Shown here piece after piece: positions 10,218 to 20,370 of a stretch of 64,000 nt of DNA. Position numbers and translations under genes: made by a program. The stretch lies in NCBI GenBank assembly GCA_963837955.1, contig CAWIPH010000001.1:480001-544000 (forward strand), given 5' to 3'. Each line of letters starts with the position of its first letter. Position 1 is the stretch's first letter. The notes beneath the pieces are model-generated. The model did not search any database. It worked only from the letters and a program-made list of their open reading frames with translations, and was not told the DNA's origin. The DNA is from an uncultured Verrucomicrobiae bacterium. GTDB lineage: Bacteria > Verrucomicrobiota > Verrucomicrobiia > Chthoniobacterales > JAFAMB01.

Positions 10218-10619
10218 TCAATGCGGCGCGCGGCGCTTGACCACGATCTCACCATCCTGATCGCGTAGGATCAAAATGGTTTGATTGACCGAGATGACCT
10301 CTCGAAAAGTATCTCGCGCAGGCGTCCCTGTGGCCTCGGTGTGACTTATCAGAATTCCGTTGTGCACCCGCCAGGTTCCGGTCAAAACTAATTTGATGCG
10401 GTAACGGCCTTCGCTGATTTGTGCGGATGCCCCCAATGTGCCGTTGGACCGATATTCGACTGTGAGTGTCATCGGCCGTCCATCCAACATCTCCTGACTG
10501 ATCCATGCGCCCGGGATTTGAGACCGGATCATCTCGTCCGAAAGTTTTTCCGGTTCACTGGCTTTCGTCATACCGACCAGAAAGACGATCGTGCATACAA
10601 TCGGAAATACTGCTTTCAT
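10218..10619 (-). CDS. Secreted hypothetical protein (lipocalin-like beta fold possible)
   Basis: Signal peptide MKAVFPIVCTIVFLVG; IPGAW...YRSNGT...GTWRV. Confidence 0.6.
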   Translation of the reverse strand: MKAVFPIVCTIVFLVGMTKASEPEKLSDEMIRSQIPGAWISQEMLDGRPMTLTVEYRSNGTLGASAQISEGRYRIKLVLTGTWRVHNGILISHTEATGTPARDTFREVISVNQTILILRDQDGEIVVKRRAPH

Positions 10620-10768
10620 GGCCGAAGAAAATAACGGGATGAAGGGACCTTCAGTCGCCTCGGAATAGACCAACCTCGATGAAACACCAACTCGTTTCTT
10701 TAGCGAGTGCTTTCTTGAGCTGGGCGATCAGCGCGTTCGGCGGGCGGAATAGTCTCGGATGTTAACGG

Positions 10769-11242
10769 ATGCATGAGTGGCCTAACGCTCGTTTGGTTGC
10801 GATTGTGGCGGATACTCACGGACTCCTCCGTGAGTCCGTTCTCGATGCGCTCGGCGATGTGGATTTGATATTACACGCGGGCGATGTCGGACATCTGAAA
10901 GTGTTGGATCAGCTTCGCGAATGCGCTCCTGTCGTCGCGATCTGCGGCAACGTGGACGTCGAAACTCGCTCACTACCCGCAACAGAGATCGTCTGTATTC
11001 ACCAGCGACTCGTTTATCTGCTGCACAATCTTGGCGACCTGGACCTAAATCCGGCGGTTGCCGGTTTCGCCATGGTAGTTTCGGGTCACTCGCATAAGCC
11101 GCTTATTCGAAACAAGGATGGAATCTTGTATGTGAATCCTGGAAGTATCGGACCGCGCCGTTTCAAACTTCCGATTAGTTTCGCAGTAGCCGATTTTGGG
11201 CTCGAGCAAATCCAGGTGAGACTCCACGAGCTTGCGGGATGA
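10769..11242 (+). CDS. Metallophosphoesterase, YfcE/MJ0936 family
   Basis: ADTHG, HAGD, GNVD, SGHSH, NPGSIGPRRF. Confidence 0.9.
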   Translation: MHEWPNARLVAIVADTHGLLRESVLDALGDVDLILHAGDVGHLKVLDQLRECAPVVAICGNVDVETRSLPATEIVCIHQRLVYLLHNLGDLDLNPAVAGFAMVVSGHSHKPLIRNKDGILYVNPGSIGPRRFKLPISFAVADFGLEQIQVRLHELAG

Positions 11243-11248
11243 AATGCC

Positions 11249-11433
11249 GTAGCCTGATGCTTCAGCCTCAGGACTGCAGCGATTGTGAGAGGTGATCGGT
11301 GAAAGGTGGATGGTGAACGCATATCGGGAATCCCGCCACAAATCTCTCGCCACCCTATTTGACCATTCCTCTCACTAATCACCAATCACCTCTCACACAC
11401 GCCGTACTCCCTGAGCCAGGAGGATCAGGCTAC
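11249..11433. repeat. REPIN-like element: inverted GTAGCCTGAT REPs with internal GGTGA/TCACC heptamer tracts
   Basis: GTAGCCTGATGCTTCAGCCTCAGG at 11249; CCCTGAGCCAGGAGGATCAGGCTAC at 11409-11433, the exact reverse complement of 22900-22924. Confidence 0.75.
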
Positions 11434-11483
11434 GCCAATTTGACAAGGTGGTGTCAGCTCCGCAGTATCGCTGCATTCATTGT

Positions 11484-13613
11484 ATGAAATATTTTTGTCT
11501 CCGGGTCATCGCGATGAGCCTCCCAATTACCCTGTTCATCGCGCGTACGGCTCAAGCGGACGAAGGCTTTTGGCTGTTTAACGCTCCGCCCTTGAACCAA
11601 CTTCAAGAAAAATATCATTTCAAACCAGACCCGGCTTGGTTGGAGCATATCCAGAAGAGTACCGTGCGATTTTACGGGGAAGGCACGGGTTCGTTTGTGT
11701 CCCCAGACGGACTGGTGATCACCAATCACCACGTCGGGGCGGATTCTCTACAAAAGTTTGGCACTGCTGAACACAACTACATCCGAGATGGATTCTACGC
11801 TGCGACGCCGGCCGAAGAAAAGCGGTGTTATGATTTAGAGCTCAACGTACTGGAGTCGATCGAAGACGTTACCAGTCGAGTCAATGCAGCTGTTCTGCCG
11901 AGCGCTAATCCTGAGGAGGCTTTGGCAGCGCGGCGAAAGGCCATGGCCGAAATCGAGCAGGAGTCGACCAAGGCGACCGGGTTGCGCAGCGATGTGGTGA
12001 CCCTTTTCCAGGGCGGCAGTTATCAATTGTATCGGTACAAACAGTACACCGATGTTCGGCTCGTTTTCGCACCCGAGGGCGAGATAGCCTTTTTTGGCGG
12101 TGATCCGGATAACTTCGAGTATCCGCGGTACGACTTGGATATTTGTTTGTTCCGAGTGTACGAAAACAATCGACCGGTTCACCCTCAGCATTATCTGCGC
12201 TTCAATACCGACGGTCCGTCCGAGCATGATCTGGTTTTCGTTAGTGGACATCCGGCAAGAACCAACCGCATGCTTACGGTGGCCGCGCTCGAGGAGCGAC
12301 GAGATACCGTCATACCGACACTGTTGGCCGCGCTTTATCGGAGAGAAGTCCTGCTGACCTCTTACAGCGAGCGTTCGATAGAGAACGCTCGACGGGCTCG
12401 CGAAGATCTTCTGTACATACAGAATTCCAGAAAGGTCTACGATGGCGAGTTGGCCGGATTGCTCGATCCAGAAACCCTTGGGCGGATTTCTGAGAGAGAA
12501 AATGCGCTGAAATCGGCTGCGGCGAAAGATTCTCGATTTTCGAATATCACCGACTGCTATGCGCAAATTCAGAAGGTAGTTTCGTCAGACCCAGAGAATA
12601 CGGTGAAGTTTCTTTTCTTTGAGGATACTCACGTGAGATCCTCTGTGGTCGAGGGTGTTCAGGCTAAACCGCTAGGGTTCAACAGTTTCTTATTTCGACT
12701 TGCTCGGGGCTTGCTTCGCGCGACTCAAGAGCGACAAAAGCCTAACGAAAAACGTTTACCAGAATGTCGCGACTCTGCCCAATCGGCCCTTGAGGTGGGC
12801 TTATTTTCCGAGGCACCGATTTATGATGATCTCGAGATACTGACGCTGACCGATTCTCTGACCAGCCTGGTTTCCCAGTACGGAGTCGATGATCCGATCG
12901 TCCGGGATCTGCTGAAAGGGAAGTCCCCTCACGAGCGCGCTTATGAGTTGATAAAGAGCACGCGGCTGAAGGACGTCCAATTTCGCCGCCAGATCTACGA
13001 TGGAGGTGTTGCCGCCCTGAGCGCTGCCGCTGATCCGATGATCGAACTCGCGCAAACAGCCGAAGAGCCGGCTCGTCAGGCGCGACAGTTGGTGGAGGAA
13101 CAGGATGAAGTGGCAAGCCAAGCATACGCCCAAATCGCAAAAGCAAAACTTGCGCTGGACGGCGGCCAGCTCTCACCCGACGCGACGTTCACGTTACGAC
13201 TCTCTTATGGCCCTGTAGAGGGGTATGAGGAAGATGGCAAAGCAATCCCGGCGTTCACGGATTTCGGCGGATTGTATGAGCGTGCCGATCAGCACGAAAA
13301 TCATCCACCCTTCCAATTGCCGACTCGTTGGGCAGACAAACGGGCAGCGTTAGACCTGCATGCGCCCTTCAATTTCGTCAATACAGCAGACAGCGTCGGG
13401 GGTAACAGCGGTAGCCCGATGATTAACAAAAATGGAGAGTTTGTCGGAATTCTTTTTGACGGAAACATTCAAACATTGTCCTGGGATTATCTCTACTCGG
13501 ACAAGCAAGCTCGTGCCGTTGCGGTTGATTCTCGGGGAATTATCGAGGCGCTCGAGAAGGTCTATCAAGTTCCAGCGCTAGTTAGCGAGTTGACCGGGAA
13601 GAAGATGAATTAA
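11484..13613 (+). CDS. Peptidase S46 (dipeptidyl-peptidase 7-like)
   Basis: DEGFWL, TNHHV, FGGDPDNFEYPR, PDATFTLRLSYG, GGNSGSP, FDGN. Confidence 0.95.
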   Translation: MKYFCLRVIAMSLPITLFIARTAQADEGFWLFNAPPLNQLQEKYHFKPDPAWLEHIQKSTVRFYGEGTGSFVSPDGLVITNHHVGADSLQKFGTAEHNYIRDGFYAATPAEEKRCYDLELNVLESIEDVTSRVNAAVLPSANPEEALAARRKAMAEIEQESTKATGLRSDVVTLFQGGSYQLYRYKQYTDVRLVFAPEGEIAFFGGDPDNFEYPRYDLDICLFRVYENNRPVHPQHYLRFNTDGPSEHDLVFVSGHPARTNRMLTVAALEERRDTVIPTLLAALYRREVLLTSYSERSIENARRAREDLLYIQNSRKVYDGELAGLLDPETLGRISERENALKSAAAKDSRFSNITDCYAQIQKVVSSDPENTVKFLFFEDTHVRSSVVEGVQAKPLGFNSFLFRLARGLLRATQERQKPNEKRLPECRDSAQSALEVGLFSEAPIYDDLEILTLTDSLTSLVSQYGVDDPIVRDLLKGKSPHERAYELIKSTRLKDVQFRRQIYDGGVAALSAAADPMIELAQTAEEPARQARQLVEEQDEVASQAYAQIAKAKLALDGGQLSPDATFTLRLSYGPVEGYEEDGKAIPAFTDFGGLYERADQHENHPPFQLPTRWADKRAALDLHAPFNFVNTADSVGGNSGSPMINKNGEFVGILFDGNIQTLSWDYLYSDKQARAVAVDSRGIIEALEKVYQVPALVSELTGKKMN

Positions 13614-13687
13614 AGGTCGCTCAGAATACTGTAAGCCGGTTCCCCATTGAATGTGAGGCCATCGGCCGCGCAAAAACCTAATAGAAA

Positions 13688-14494
13688 ATGCCAGAATTGG
13701 CCGAAGTCGAGCAAAGCCGGCGTCTCTGGCAGGTGGGCCAAGGCGCCAAGGTTTTGGAAGTCGTTTTGGGCGACGCGAAGTCTCGAATATTTCGCAGCGC
13801 CCATCCGAAAGAGTTGGTGCGTGCGCTGACCGGACAAAAGCTGTTCGATTCCGAAGCGCGCGGCAAACAGATGGTATTTCGATTCGGTAATCGCGGTAAA
13901 TTATGGTTGGGGCTGCATTTAGGTATGACCGGCGAACTTCGGGTGGAAGAGCCGAATTATCGATTGTTGAAGCACGACCACCTTATTCTGCGCCAAGCGA
14001 GACGATCTCTCGTGTTTTCCGATCAGCGCCGATTCGGTCGAGTCCTTTTTGGGCAAAGCGAGGTCACACCCTCCTGGTGGGCCAAGCTTCCGCCATCCAT
14101 TTTGTCGGACCAATTTAAGCGGACTCTGGTAGCGGAGTTTTGCCGGCGGCGGAAAGGCTCACCGTTGAAAGTGCTTCTCTTAATGCAGGAGCGCTTTCCG
14201 GGTATCGGAAACTGGATGGCAGATGAAATTCTGTGGCGAGCGCGGCTCAACCCGAGGACTCCGTCCGGCACTCTTAGCGAATCGGAGATTACAACGCTTT
14301 ATCGCGTGACTCGCAGCGTGTGTGCAAACGCCATAAAGGAGATGGATAAGAATTGGGAATTTCCTAAGAGCTGGCTGTTTGCTCATCGATGGCAGAACGG
14401 TGGAAAATGCCCGCGCTGCCGTACTGGACTAGTGAGAGAGATGGTTGGAGGCCGGCGCACCTGTTGGTGTCCTAATTGCCAACCAATGCCATGA
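13688..14494 (+). CDS. mutM: Fpg/Nei family DNA glycosylase
   Basis: N-terminal PELAEVE, HLGMTG, DQRRFG, H2TH GIGNWMADE, C-terminal CPRC...CPNC zinc finger. Confidence 0.9.
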   Translation: MPELAEVEQSRRLWQVGQGAKVLEVVLGDAKSRIFRSAHPKELVRALTGQKLFDSEARGKQMVFRFGNRGKLWLGLHLGMTGELRVEEPNYRLLKHDHLILRQARRSLVFSDQRRFGRVLFGQSEVTPSWWAKLPPSILSDQFKRTLVAEFCRRRKGSPLKVLLLMQERFPGIGNWMADEILWRARLNPRTPSGTLSESEITTLYRVTRSVCANAIKEMDKNWEFPKSWLFAHRWQNGGKCPRCRTGLVREMVGGRRTCWCPNCQPMP

Positions 14495-14994
14495 GCGGGC
14501 TCTCTGGTTATCACTCGATCCGGGCGTCGAGTATTGGTTGGTTTACCTACCTGGCGCTGGGCGCTTCCGGTTTGGCGCAAAATGGGAATACGGCAACCCT
14601 GACTCTGAGCAGAGAATTCAATGCTCCGTTCGCGCAGGTGTGGAAAGCGGGTAATACGAAGGCGGCCGAACTCGGGCCGATCGCGAATCAATTGCGGCGG
14701 GGTGGGGAGCTTTGGGTGCTTATCGACTATGGCGACGTAAGCATGGCCGACACTGCGATGAGACAGGTTGCCGACCTGCCTGAACCGTTGCCCGATTTTT
14801 CGCACGACGGCGGATGTTCGTTGCGCGTTAGGGTGCAGCAAAAGGGGAAGAAGACGAGCGTTGAAGTAAAAGCTTTCTTTGTTTTGCGGGCGAACCCGTT
14901 TGCCGCAGCTTATCTCTCTCTCGAAAGCAAAGGCACACTTGAAGCGCAGTTGCTCGACGCGATTGCCTCCGAAGTGATGATCCACAGCAAATAA
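14491..14994 (+). CDS. Hypothetical, probably secreted protein
   Basis: ATGA overlap with the fpg stop; signal-like WFTYLALGASGLA. Confidence 0.5.
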   Translation: MSGLSGYHSIRASSIGWFTYLALGASGLAQNGNTATLTLSREFNAPFAQVWKAGNTKAAELGPIANQLRRGGELWVLIDYGDVSMADTAMRQVADLPEPLPDFSHDGGCSLRVRVQQKGKKTSVEVKAFFVLRANPFAAAYLSLESKGTLEAQLLDAIASEVMIHSK

Positions 14995-15093
14995 CCGGTG
15001 GAGTGAAGAAGTAGTGATTAGCTTAGTAACCGGTTAGAAGAGCAACTTTTTGGCACCAGCGCGGTGCGCGGTAGTGGCTCACCAGAACTCCCC

Positions 15094-15984
15094 TTATTGG
15101 CTGCTGATAAGCTCACCGTTGCTTGTTGCGAGCACACGACGCGCTTGCGCGGCGTCTCGGCCGGGCGGCGCGCCGAACATTCGACGGTACTCGCGGCTGA
15201 ACTGCGAGGCGCTTTCGTAGCCCACGTCGAAACTCACGCGGGCTGCGTCCACCTCTTGGGAAAGCAGCCTGCGGCGCGCCTCTTGCAAGCGGATGCGCTT
15301 CTGAAATTGGAGCGGACTCATGGCCGTCACCGCGCGAAAATGCCGGTGAAAAGAGGTCGCGCTCATGCTCGCGGTCCGGGCCAGCTCCTCTACCCGGATG
15401 GACTGGTCATAGCGTTCACGGATCAGGTTAATCGCGCGGCTGATCTGCGACAATTGGCTGCTGGGCAGAGCGAGCTGCCGGAGCATCTCTCCCCGCGGGC
15501 CGCACAGCAGACGGTAGAGGATTTCTCGTTCGATGAGCGGGGCCAGCACGGGGATGTCCCGCGGCCGATCCAGCAGCCTGAGCAGGCGCAGGAGCGGATC
15601 GAGCAGATCGCCATCCAGCGGATTGACCGCCATCGCCTTTGAGGCCGCGCGCTCTCCGTTGGAGGGCGGCATCTCCAGCAGCAGCGCGGCGAGCGTCGTG
15701 GGATCAAGAGAGAGAGTCACGGCCAGGCAAGGCGCTTCGATGATCTGTCCGCTGACTGGCAGATCGATGGAGGCGATCAGGTAAGAATTCGGATCGTAGC
15801 GAAACTCCTCGTGACCGAGGTAGATTCGTTTTCGGCCTCGTGCGATCACGCACAGCAGCGGGTAATACATGGCCGGCGACAACTCGGTGGTGACGCTCGA
15901 ACGGGACAAGTTCAGCCGCGGGACCGCCGTGGGGGTGACGTCACGGTGGCAGTGCCGGGTGATGAGGGCGCAGAGTTCGCTCAT
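15094..15984 (-). CDS. AraC family regulator (AraC_N/YqhC-like)
   Basis: LAPLIEREILYRLL, MSATSFHRHFRAVTAMSPLQFQK, VGYESASQFSREY. Confidence 0.95.
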   Translation of the reverse strand: MSELCALITRHCHRDVTPTAVPRLNLSRSSVTTELSPAMYYPLLCVIARGRKRIYLGHEEFRYDPNSYLIASIDLPVSGQIIEAPCLAVTLSLDPTTLAALLLEMPPSNGERAASKAMAVNPLDGDLLDPLLRLLRLLDRPRDIPVLAPLIEREILYRLLCGPRGEMLRQLALPSSQLSQISRAINLIRERYDQSIRVEELARTASMSATSFHRHFRAVTAMSPLQFQKRIRLQEARRRLLSQEVDAARVSFDVGYESASQFSREYRRMFGAPPGRDAAQARRVLATSNGELISSQ

Positions 15985-16101
15985 GTTCCTGTCCCACCAG
16001 TCCTGCCTTTTAACCGGCGGGTCAATGGCGTGGTAGGTTTAGGCAAGAACTTGGCAGCAATGGTCTACCCGCCAACTGCGCGGCCGGTCTAGGTTGGCGG
16101 C

Positions 16102-17181
16102 ATGAGCAATCTCTCCATGAACTACCAGCTTCTCGGCCGCAGCGGCCTGCGCGTTTCTGACCTTTGCCTCGGCACGATGACTTTCGGCGAAGACTGGGGC
16201 TGGGGCTCGGCCAAGGACGAGGCGCGCAAAATCTACGACACCTACCGCGAGGCGGGCGGCAACTTCATCGACACAGCCAACATCTATACCAACGGCTCCA
16301 GCGAAAAACTGGTCGGCGAGTTCATCGCCGGTCACCGGGAAGAGATGGTTCTGGCTACCAAGTACACCAACGCTGCTGTGGGCTTTACCGGTCAGCCCGG
16401 CGCGGACGCCAACGCCGGCGGCAACCAGCGCAAGAACATGGTCCAGGCCGTCGAGGCCAGCCTTAAGCGTCTCGGTACCGACTATATCGATCTCTACTGG
16501 CTGCACATCTGGGACCAGCTCACCCCTGTAGAGGAGGTCATGCGCGGCTTCGATGACCTCGTGCGTGCGGGCAAGGTGCTCTACGTCGGCATCTCAGACG
16601 CGCCGGCCTGGGTCGTGGCGAAATCCAACACTCTGGCCGAACTGCGCGGCTGGACCCCCTACGTAGGCTTGCAGATCGAATACAGCCTACTGGAGCGGAC
16701 GGTCGAGCGGGAACTCGTCCCGATGGCCCGGGACCAACACATGACCGTGCTGGCTTGGTCGCCCCTGCGCAACGGCGTGCTCACCGGCAAGTACCTGCCG
16801 GAAAACGTGAAACAATCCGCGGCGGAAGGCGCGCGGATGCACAGCGAGATGATGAAGGGGTTCGGTTCCGTGGAGGAGACGACCCACGCGACCGTCCGGG
16901 AGATCGTCGCCGTCGGCGAGGAACTGGGCGTCTCGGCGGCACAAGTCGCGCTCGCCTGGCTGCGCTGTCGTCCGGTCCCGGTAATTCCCATCATCGGCGC
17001 GCGCAAACTCTCCCAGCTCGAGGACAACATTCGCAGCCTGGACGTGACGCTTTCGCCGGCACAGCTCCAGCGACTGGACAAAGCCACTGCCGTGTCCAGT
17101 GGGTTCCCTCACCACTTCATGGAGTTGGAATCGGTCCGCGCCATTGTCTTTGGCGGCATGCGGGACCGGATCAAAGCCTGA
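16102..17181 (+). CDS. Aldo/keto reductase
   Basis: LGRSGLRVSDLCLGTMTFG, NFIDTANIY, LATK, DYIDLYWLH, AWSPL. Confidence 0.95.
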   Translation: MSNLSMNYQLLGRSGLRVSDLCLGTMTFGEDWGWGSAKDEARKIYDTYREAGGNFIDTANIYTNGSSEKLVGEFIAGHREEMVLATKYTNAAVGFTGQPGADANAGGNQRKNMVQAVEASLKRLGTDYIDLYWLHIWDQLTPVEEVMRGFDDLVRAGKVLYVGISDAPAWVVAKSNTLAELRGWTPYVGLQIEYSLLERTVERELVPMARDQHMTVLAWSPLRNGVLTGKYLPENVKQSAAEGARMHSEMMKGFGSVEETTHATVREIVAVGEELGVSAAQVALAWLRCRPVPVIPIIGARKLSQLEDNIRSLDVTLSPAQLQRLDKATAVSSGFPHHFMELESVRAIVFGGMRDRIKA

Positions 17182-17229
17182 TTTGCCATCTGTCATCTGT
17201 CATCACCGTTCGGCGACAGCCGAACGGTG

Positions 17230-18000
17230 CTAGCTATCCCAGCGCTCGAAAACCTTTTCGCGCTGAAATGCTTCGGTGGCAAAAAACACACCTGCCCCCG
17301 CCAATACCAAGACGGTGCCAACGCAGACCAGCAGAATATACTGATTCAGGTATTCCAAGAGAGCGATCTGAGTTCCAAAAATGACCATGCTTGGCAAGGT
17401 CAATAGGCTAGCGAGCAGCCCACCCGTCTTCGGGTCACGGGAACGGACTGCTACGATCATCGCCAGTGAAGCATTTGCGAAAGCAGACACCGGCATCACC
17501 AGAAAAGCCTCGATCAGGAGCCGCGGCGAAAACATGAATCGGAGTAAATCTGGATGGTTCGAAATAAAGTAGGCGACACCCACATAAGCGCCCAAGTAGA
17601 GGTAACCTGCTATGAGCGGAAAAACCAAAGCGGCCAGAATCTTGCCTAGAATCAGATCATGCGTTTTTACCGGTGTGACCAAAAGTGGTTCCAGCGTTTT
17701 TGCTGATTTCTCGATAACCATTGTCTGCATGACCAATGATGCCGAGTAGAGCATCGGCAACATCAAGAGCAGAAAGGCTCTTGACCGGCTGAACCACTCG
17801 GCCGCCACAATATCTTCGGCAACTGCAGGCGAGCGAGTAGAGTTGGTGAAGTCGCCCCCAGAATGGTGTGAGATACTCCCCAACGAGATGACCGAGTAGA
17901 GAAGGATGAAACTTGGTGCAAAGAAAAATCTAAAGAGAAAGCGACGCGTTTTCCGCATTTCCAGCAGCTCTTTGCGCACAATAGTGAGCAGCGGATTCAT
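17230..18000 (-). CDS. ABC-2 type transporter permease
   Basis: IVRKELLE, EKSAKTLEPLLVTPV...LILGK; 6 TM. Confidence 0.9.
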   Translation of the reverse strand: MNPLLTIVRKELLEMRKTRRFLFRFFFAPSFILLYSVISLGSISHHSGGDFTNSTRSPAVAEDIVAAEWFSRSRAFLLLMLPMLYSASLVMQTMVIEKSAKTLEPLLVTPVKTHDLILGKILAALVFPLIAGYLYLGAYVGVAYFISNHPDLLRFMFSPRLLIEAFLVMPVSAFANASLAMIVAVRSRDPKTGGLLASLLTLPSMVIFGTQIALLEYLNQYILLVCVGTVLVLAGAGVFFATEAFQREKVFERWDS

Positions 18001-18953
18001 TGGGTGCGAGCAAACTGCTCTCGATCTGCTGCCGCCGGGGAATCGACGAGCTCGAGATAGATCTCTTCCAGCGATTTCCGAGCAGGCTCCACCGCATAAA
18101 GCTCCGCACCGGCTTCCACCAAAGCCCGAATGAGTTTCGGCGTGTCTCTCTGTGGATCAACGAGATCTACCCGGAGCACGGATTCCACTGCAGTCGCTCG
18201 CTCGGCGTACCCCAGTCCTTGAACGATAGGCAGCCAAGGCTCAGCGGCGCTACAAAAACGAATCGTGACCACGTTGCCAGATAACTCGGAACGTATTTGC
18301 GATTGCGAACCTTCGAGAATTAACCGGGTCTTTAGAATCGCGATATGATCGCAGACGTCCTCCGCTTCCGCTAAATTGTGAGTCGTCAGAAAAATCGTTC
18401 TGCCGCTGGCTCGGAGCGATTTGACGAAATCGCGGAAGAAACGGGCTGTTGAAGGATCGAGACCGGAAGAGGGCTCGTCCAGGAATAGGACTTCGGGCTC
18501 GTGCGCGAGCGCTCGCACAATGGCGGTTTTTTGGCGCATGCCCTTGGAGAACGTTCCGACGGGTTTGTGCCGGTCTTCCCAGCATTCCAGGAGCTTCAGG
18601 TATTTCTCGATTTGAGATTGGGCGCTCTTCTCGGAAAGACCGTACAACCGTGCGAAAAAAAGAAGGTTCTGCCACGCGGTAAGCTGTTCATATAAACCCG
18701 GTGATTCCGTGAGGAATCCGATACGACGTCGCAGTTGATCCAAGTCACCACTCAACGGGCAGCCTGCCACGATTCCGGTTCCAGAACTCGGGGGCAATAG
18801 GCCTGCTAACATTCGCACCGTAGTGGTCTTGCCGGCGCCGTTCGGTCCGAGAAAGCCGAAAACTGTGGAACTCGGAACTTTGAGGGTAAGATCTTCTACC
18901 GCAATCTTCTGGCGGAACATGCGGGTCAGTGCCGTCGTCTCGATTGCGTGCAT
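17997..18953 (-). CDS. ABC transporter ATP-binding protein (export type)
   Basis: GPNGAGKTT, FSKGMRQK, FLDEP, TTH. Confidence 0.95.
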   Translation of the reverse strand: MHAIETTALTRMFRQKIAVEDLTLKVPSSTVFGFLGPNGAGKTTTVRMLAGLLPPSSGTGIVAGCPLSGDLDQLRRRIGFLTESPGLYEQLTAWQNLLFFARLYGLSEKSAQSQIEKYLKLLECWEDRHKPVGTFSKGMRQKTAIVRALAHEPEVLFLDEPSSGLDPSTARFFRDFVKSLRASGRTIFLTTHNLAEAEDVCDHIAILKTRLILEGSQSQIRSELSGNVVTIRFCSAAEPWLPIVQGLGYAERATAVESVLRVDLVDPQRDTPKLIRALVEAGAELYAVEPARKSLEEIYLELVDSPAAADREQFARTQ

Positions 18954-19065
18954 GGAATTGGTATCAATCCGAGATCGCTCGGTTAAAGCAATCGATTTGC
19001 CGAACAAACTACGCAGCCAATGCTGACGCAGCGCCCTCGAAGGCGAGGGATTTAATTATTATGAA

Positions 19066-19992
19066 TCATGCTAGATGCGTTTGAGCATCGTAATGGCTCA
19101 TTTCGCGGAAACGATCGTAACGGCCGCGGAGTTCTTCCCGGGTAAGGCTAGTCAGTCGATAAAGGCTGAATGATTCGACGCAGAAACTGGCGAGGATGGT
19201 GCCGTGAACGACGGCTCGCTTCAGATCTGTGAAATCGAACTTTGACCGGTTCAGGCTCGCCAAATAGCCGGTGAATCCGCCGGCAAACGTATCGCCAGCA
19301 CCGGTCGGATCTTTCACTTCCTCGAGAGGATAGGCTCCGCAGCTGAAGAACTCGTTGCGCGATAACAATAAACAGCCGTGCTCGCCCTTTTTGATCGCCA
19401 CATACTTCGGACCTAGATCGAGAATTTTTTTGGCGGCTTTGACCAAATTTTCTTCCTCCGTCAGCTGGCGCGCTTCGCCGTCGTTCAAGACCAACAAATC
19501 AATTCTGCCCAAAAGCTTGATCAATTCGGGCTGCGCTATGGTGATCCAAAGATCCATTGTATCGGCAACCACGAAGTCCGGTCGTTCGCTCTGATCGAGC
19601 ACGTGATTTTGCAGGTCTGGGCCGATGTTCCCTAACAGGATGATCGAAGCCGATCGGTAAGCCGCTGGCAAATTTGGACTGAACGTCTCGAAAACATTGA
19701 GTTCCGTATGCAACGTGCGCCGCTTGTTCATGTCGGCCTCATATTCGCCTGACCATCGAAATGTTTTACCTTCGACGACCTGAAGCCCGGTAAGATCAAT
19801 TTGGCGTTCGCGAAAGAGTTCGAGATGCTTTTTAGGGAAATCAGAGCCCACTATTCCGACCAGGTCTACCGGCTGAAAGAAACTGGCGCTTACGGCGGCG
19901 TATGAAGCGGATCCACCCAGAAGATCGGGATGTTCTTCGGTTTGAGTTTTAATGCTATCCAACGCGACGGACCCTACAATCAAGACGGACAT
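19066..19992 (-). CDS. PfkB family carbohydrate/nucleoside kinase
   Basis: GSVALD, GGSASY, KKGEHG, DPTGAGDTFAGG. Confidence 0.95.
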   Translation of the reverse strand: MSVLIVGSVALDSIKTQTEEHPDLLGGSASYAAVSASFFQPVDLVGIVGSDFPKKHLELFRERQIDLTGLQVVEGKTFRWSGEYEADMNKRRTLHTELNVFETFSPNLPAAYRSASIILLGNIGPDLQNHVLDQSERPDFVVADTMDLWITIAQPELIKLLGRIDLLVLNDGEARQLTEEENLVKAAKKILDLGPKYVAIKKGEHGCLLLSRNEFFSCGAYPLEEVKDPTGAGDTFAGGFTGYLASLNRSKFDFTDLKRAVVHGTILASFCVESFSLYRLTSLTREELRGRYDRFREMSHYDAQTHLA

Positions 19993-20106
19993 TGCGGCAC
20001 ACAGTTGAGCAAAGAGAGTAAGTCTGCCAGCGGTTTTTTGGGAGGTGGGAGCTCTCGGCGCCGAAGGCGCGTTGCGCTATAGGCGGGAGATCAGAACCCC
20101 TGATTT

Positions 20107-20310
20107 GGTAGGGCGAAAACCTCGGCGCCCCACGGAAGCGATGTGATATGTGTGCTTAGCGCCGGGTTTGAGCCGGGCGTGCCACGAATTGCGTCGGTCG
20201 TTCTGGATGGGTCGCTATCGGCAAGAGGAGTGGGCGAGGTTACAATGGCCACGGGCAAAAACCGCGAACGGCTCAATCCCGCTGAGACGGAGTCGGGCTT
20301 TCGCCCTACC
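20107..20310. repeat. REPIN-like pair of inverted GGTAGGGCGAAA REPs
   Basis: GGTAGGGCGAAA at 20107 and TTTCGCCCTACC at 20299; 20277-20310 closely matches 26264-26297. Confidence 0.7.
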
Positions 20311-20370
20311 GATCCTGGGCGCGTCGAATGCCAAACGGTTTCAGCGCGCGAGTAGCGCACTGCGGATCGC

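Noticed and set aside
11835..12566. Long antisense ORFs (also 21250..21930, 26427..26987)
   Set aside because: Shadow ORFs opposite well-supported genes, with no motifs
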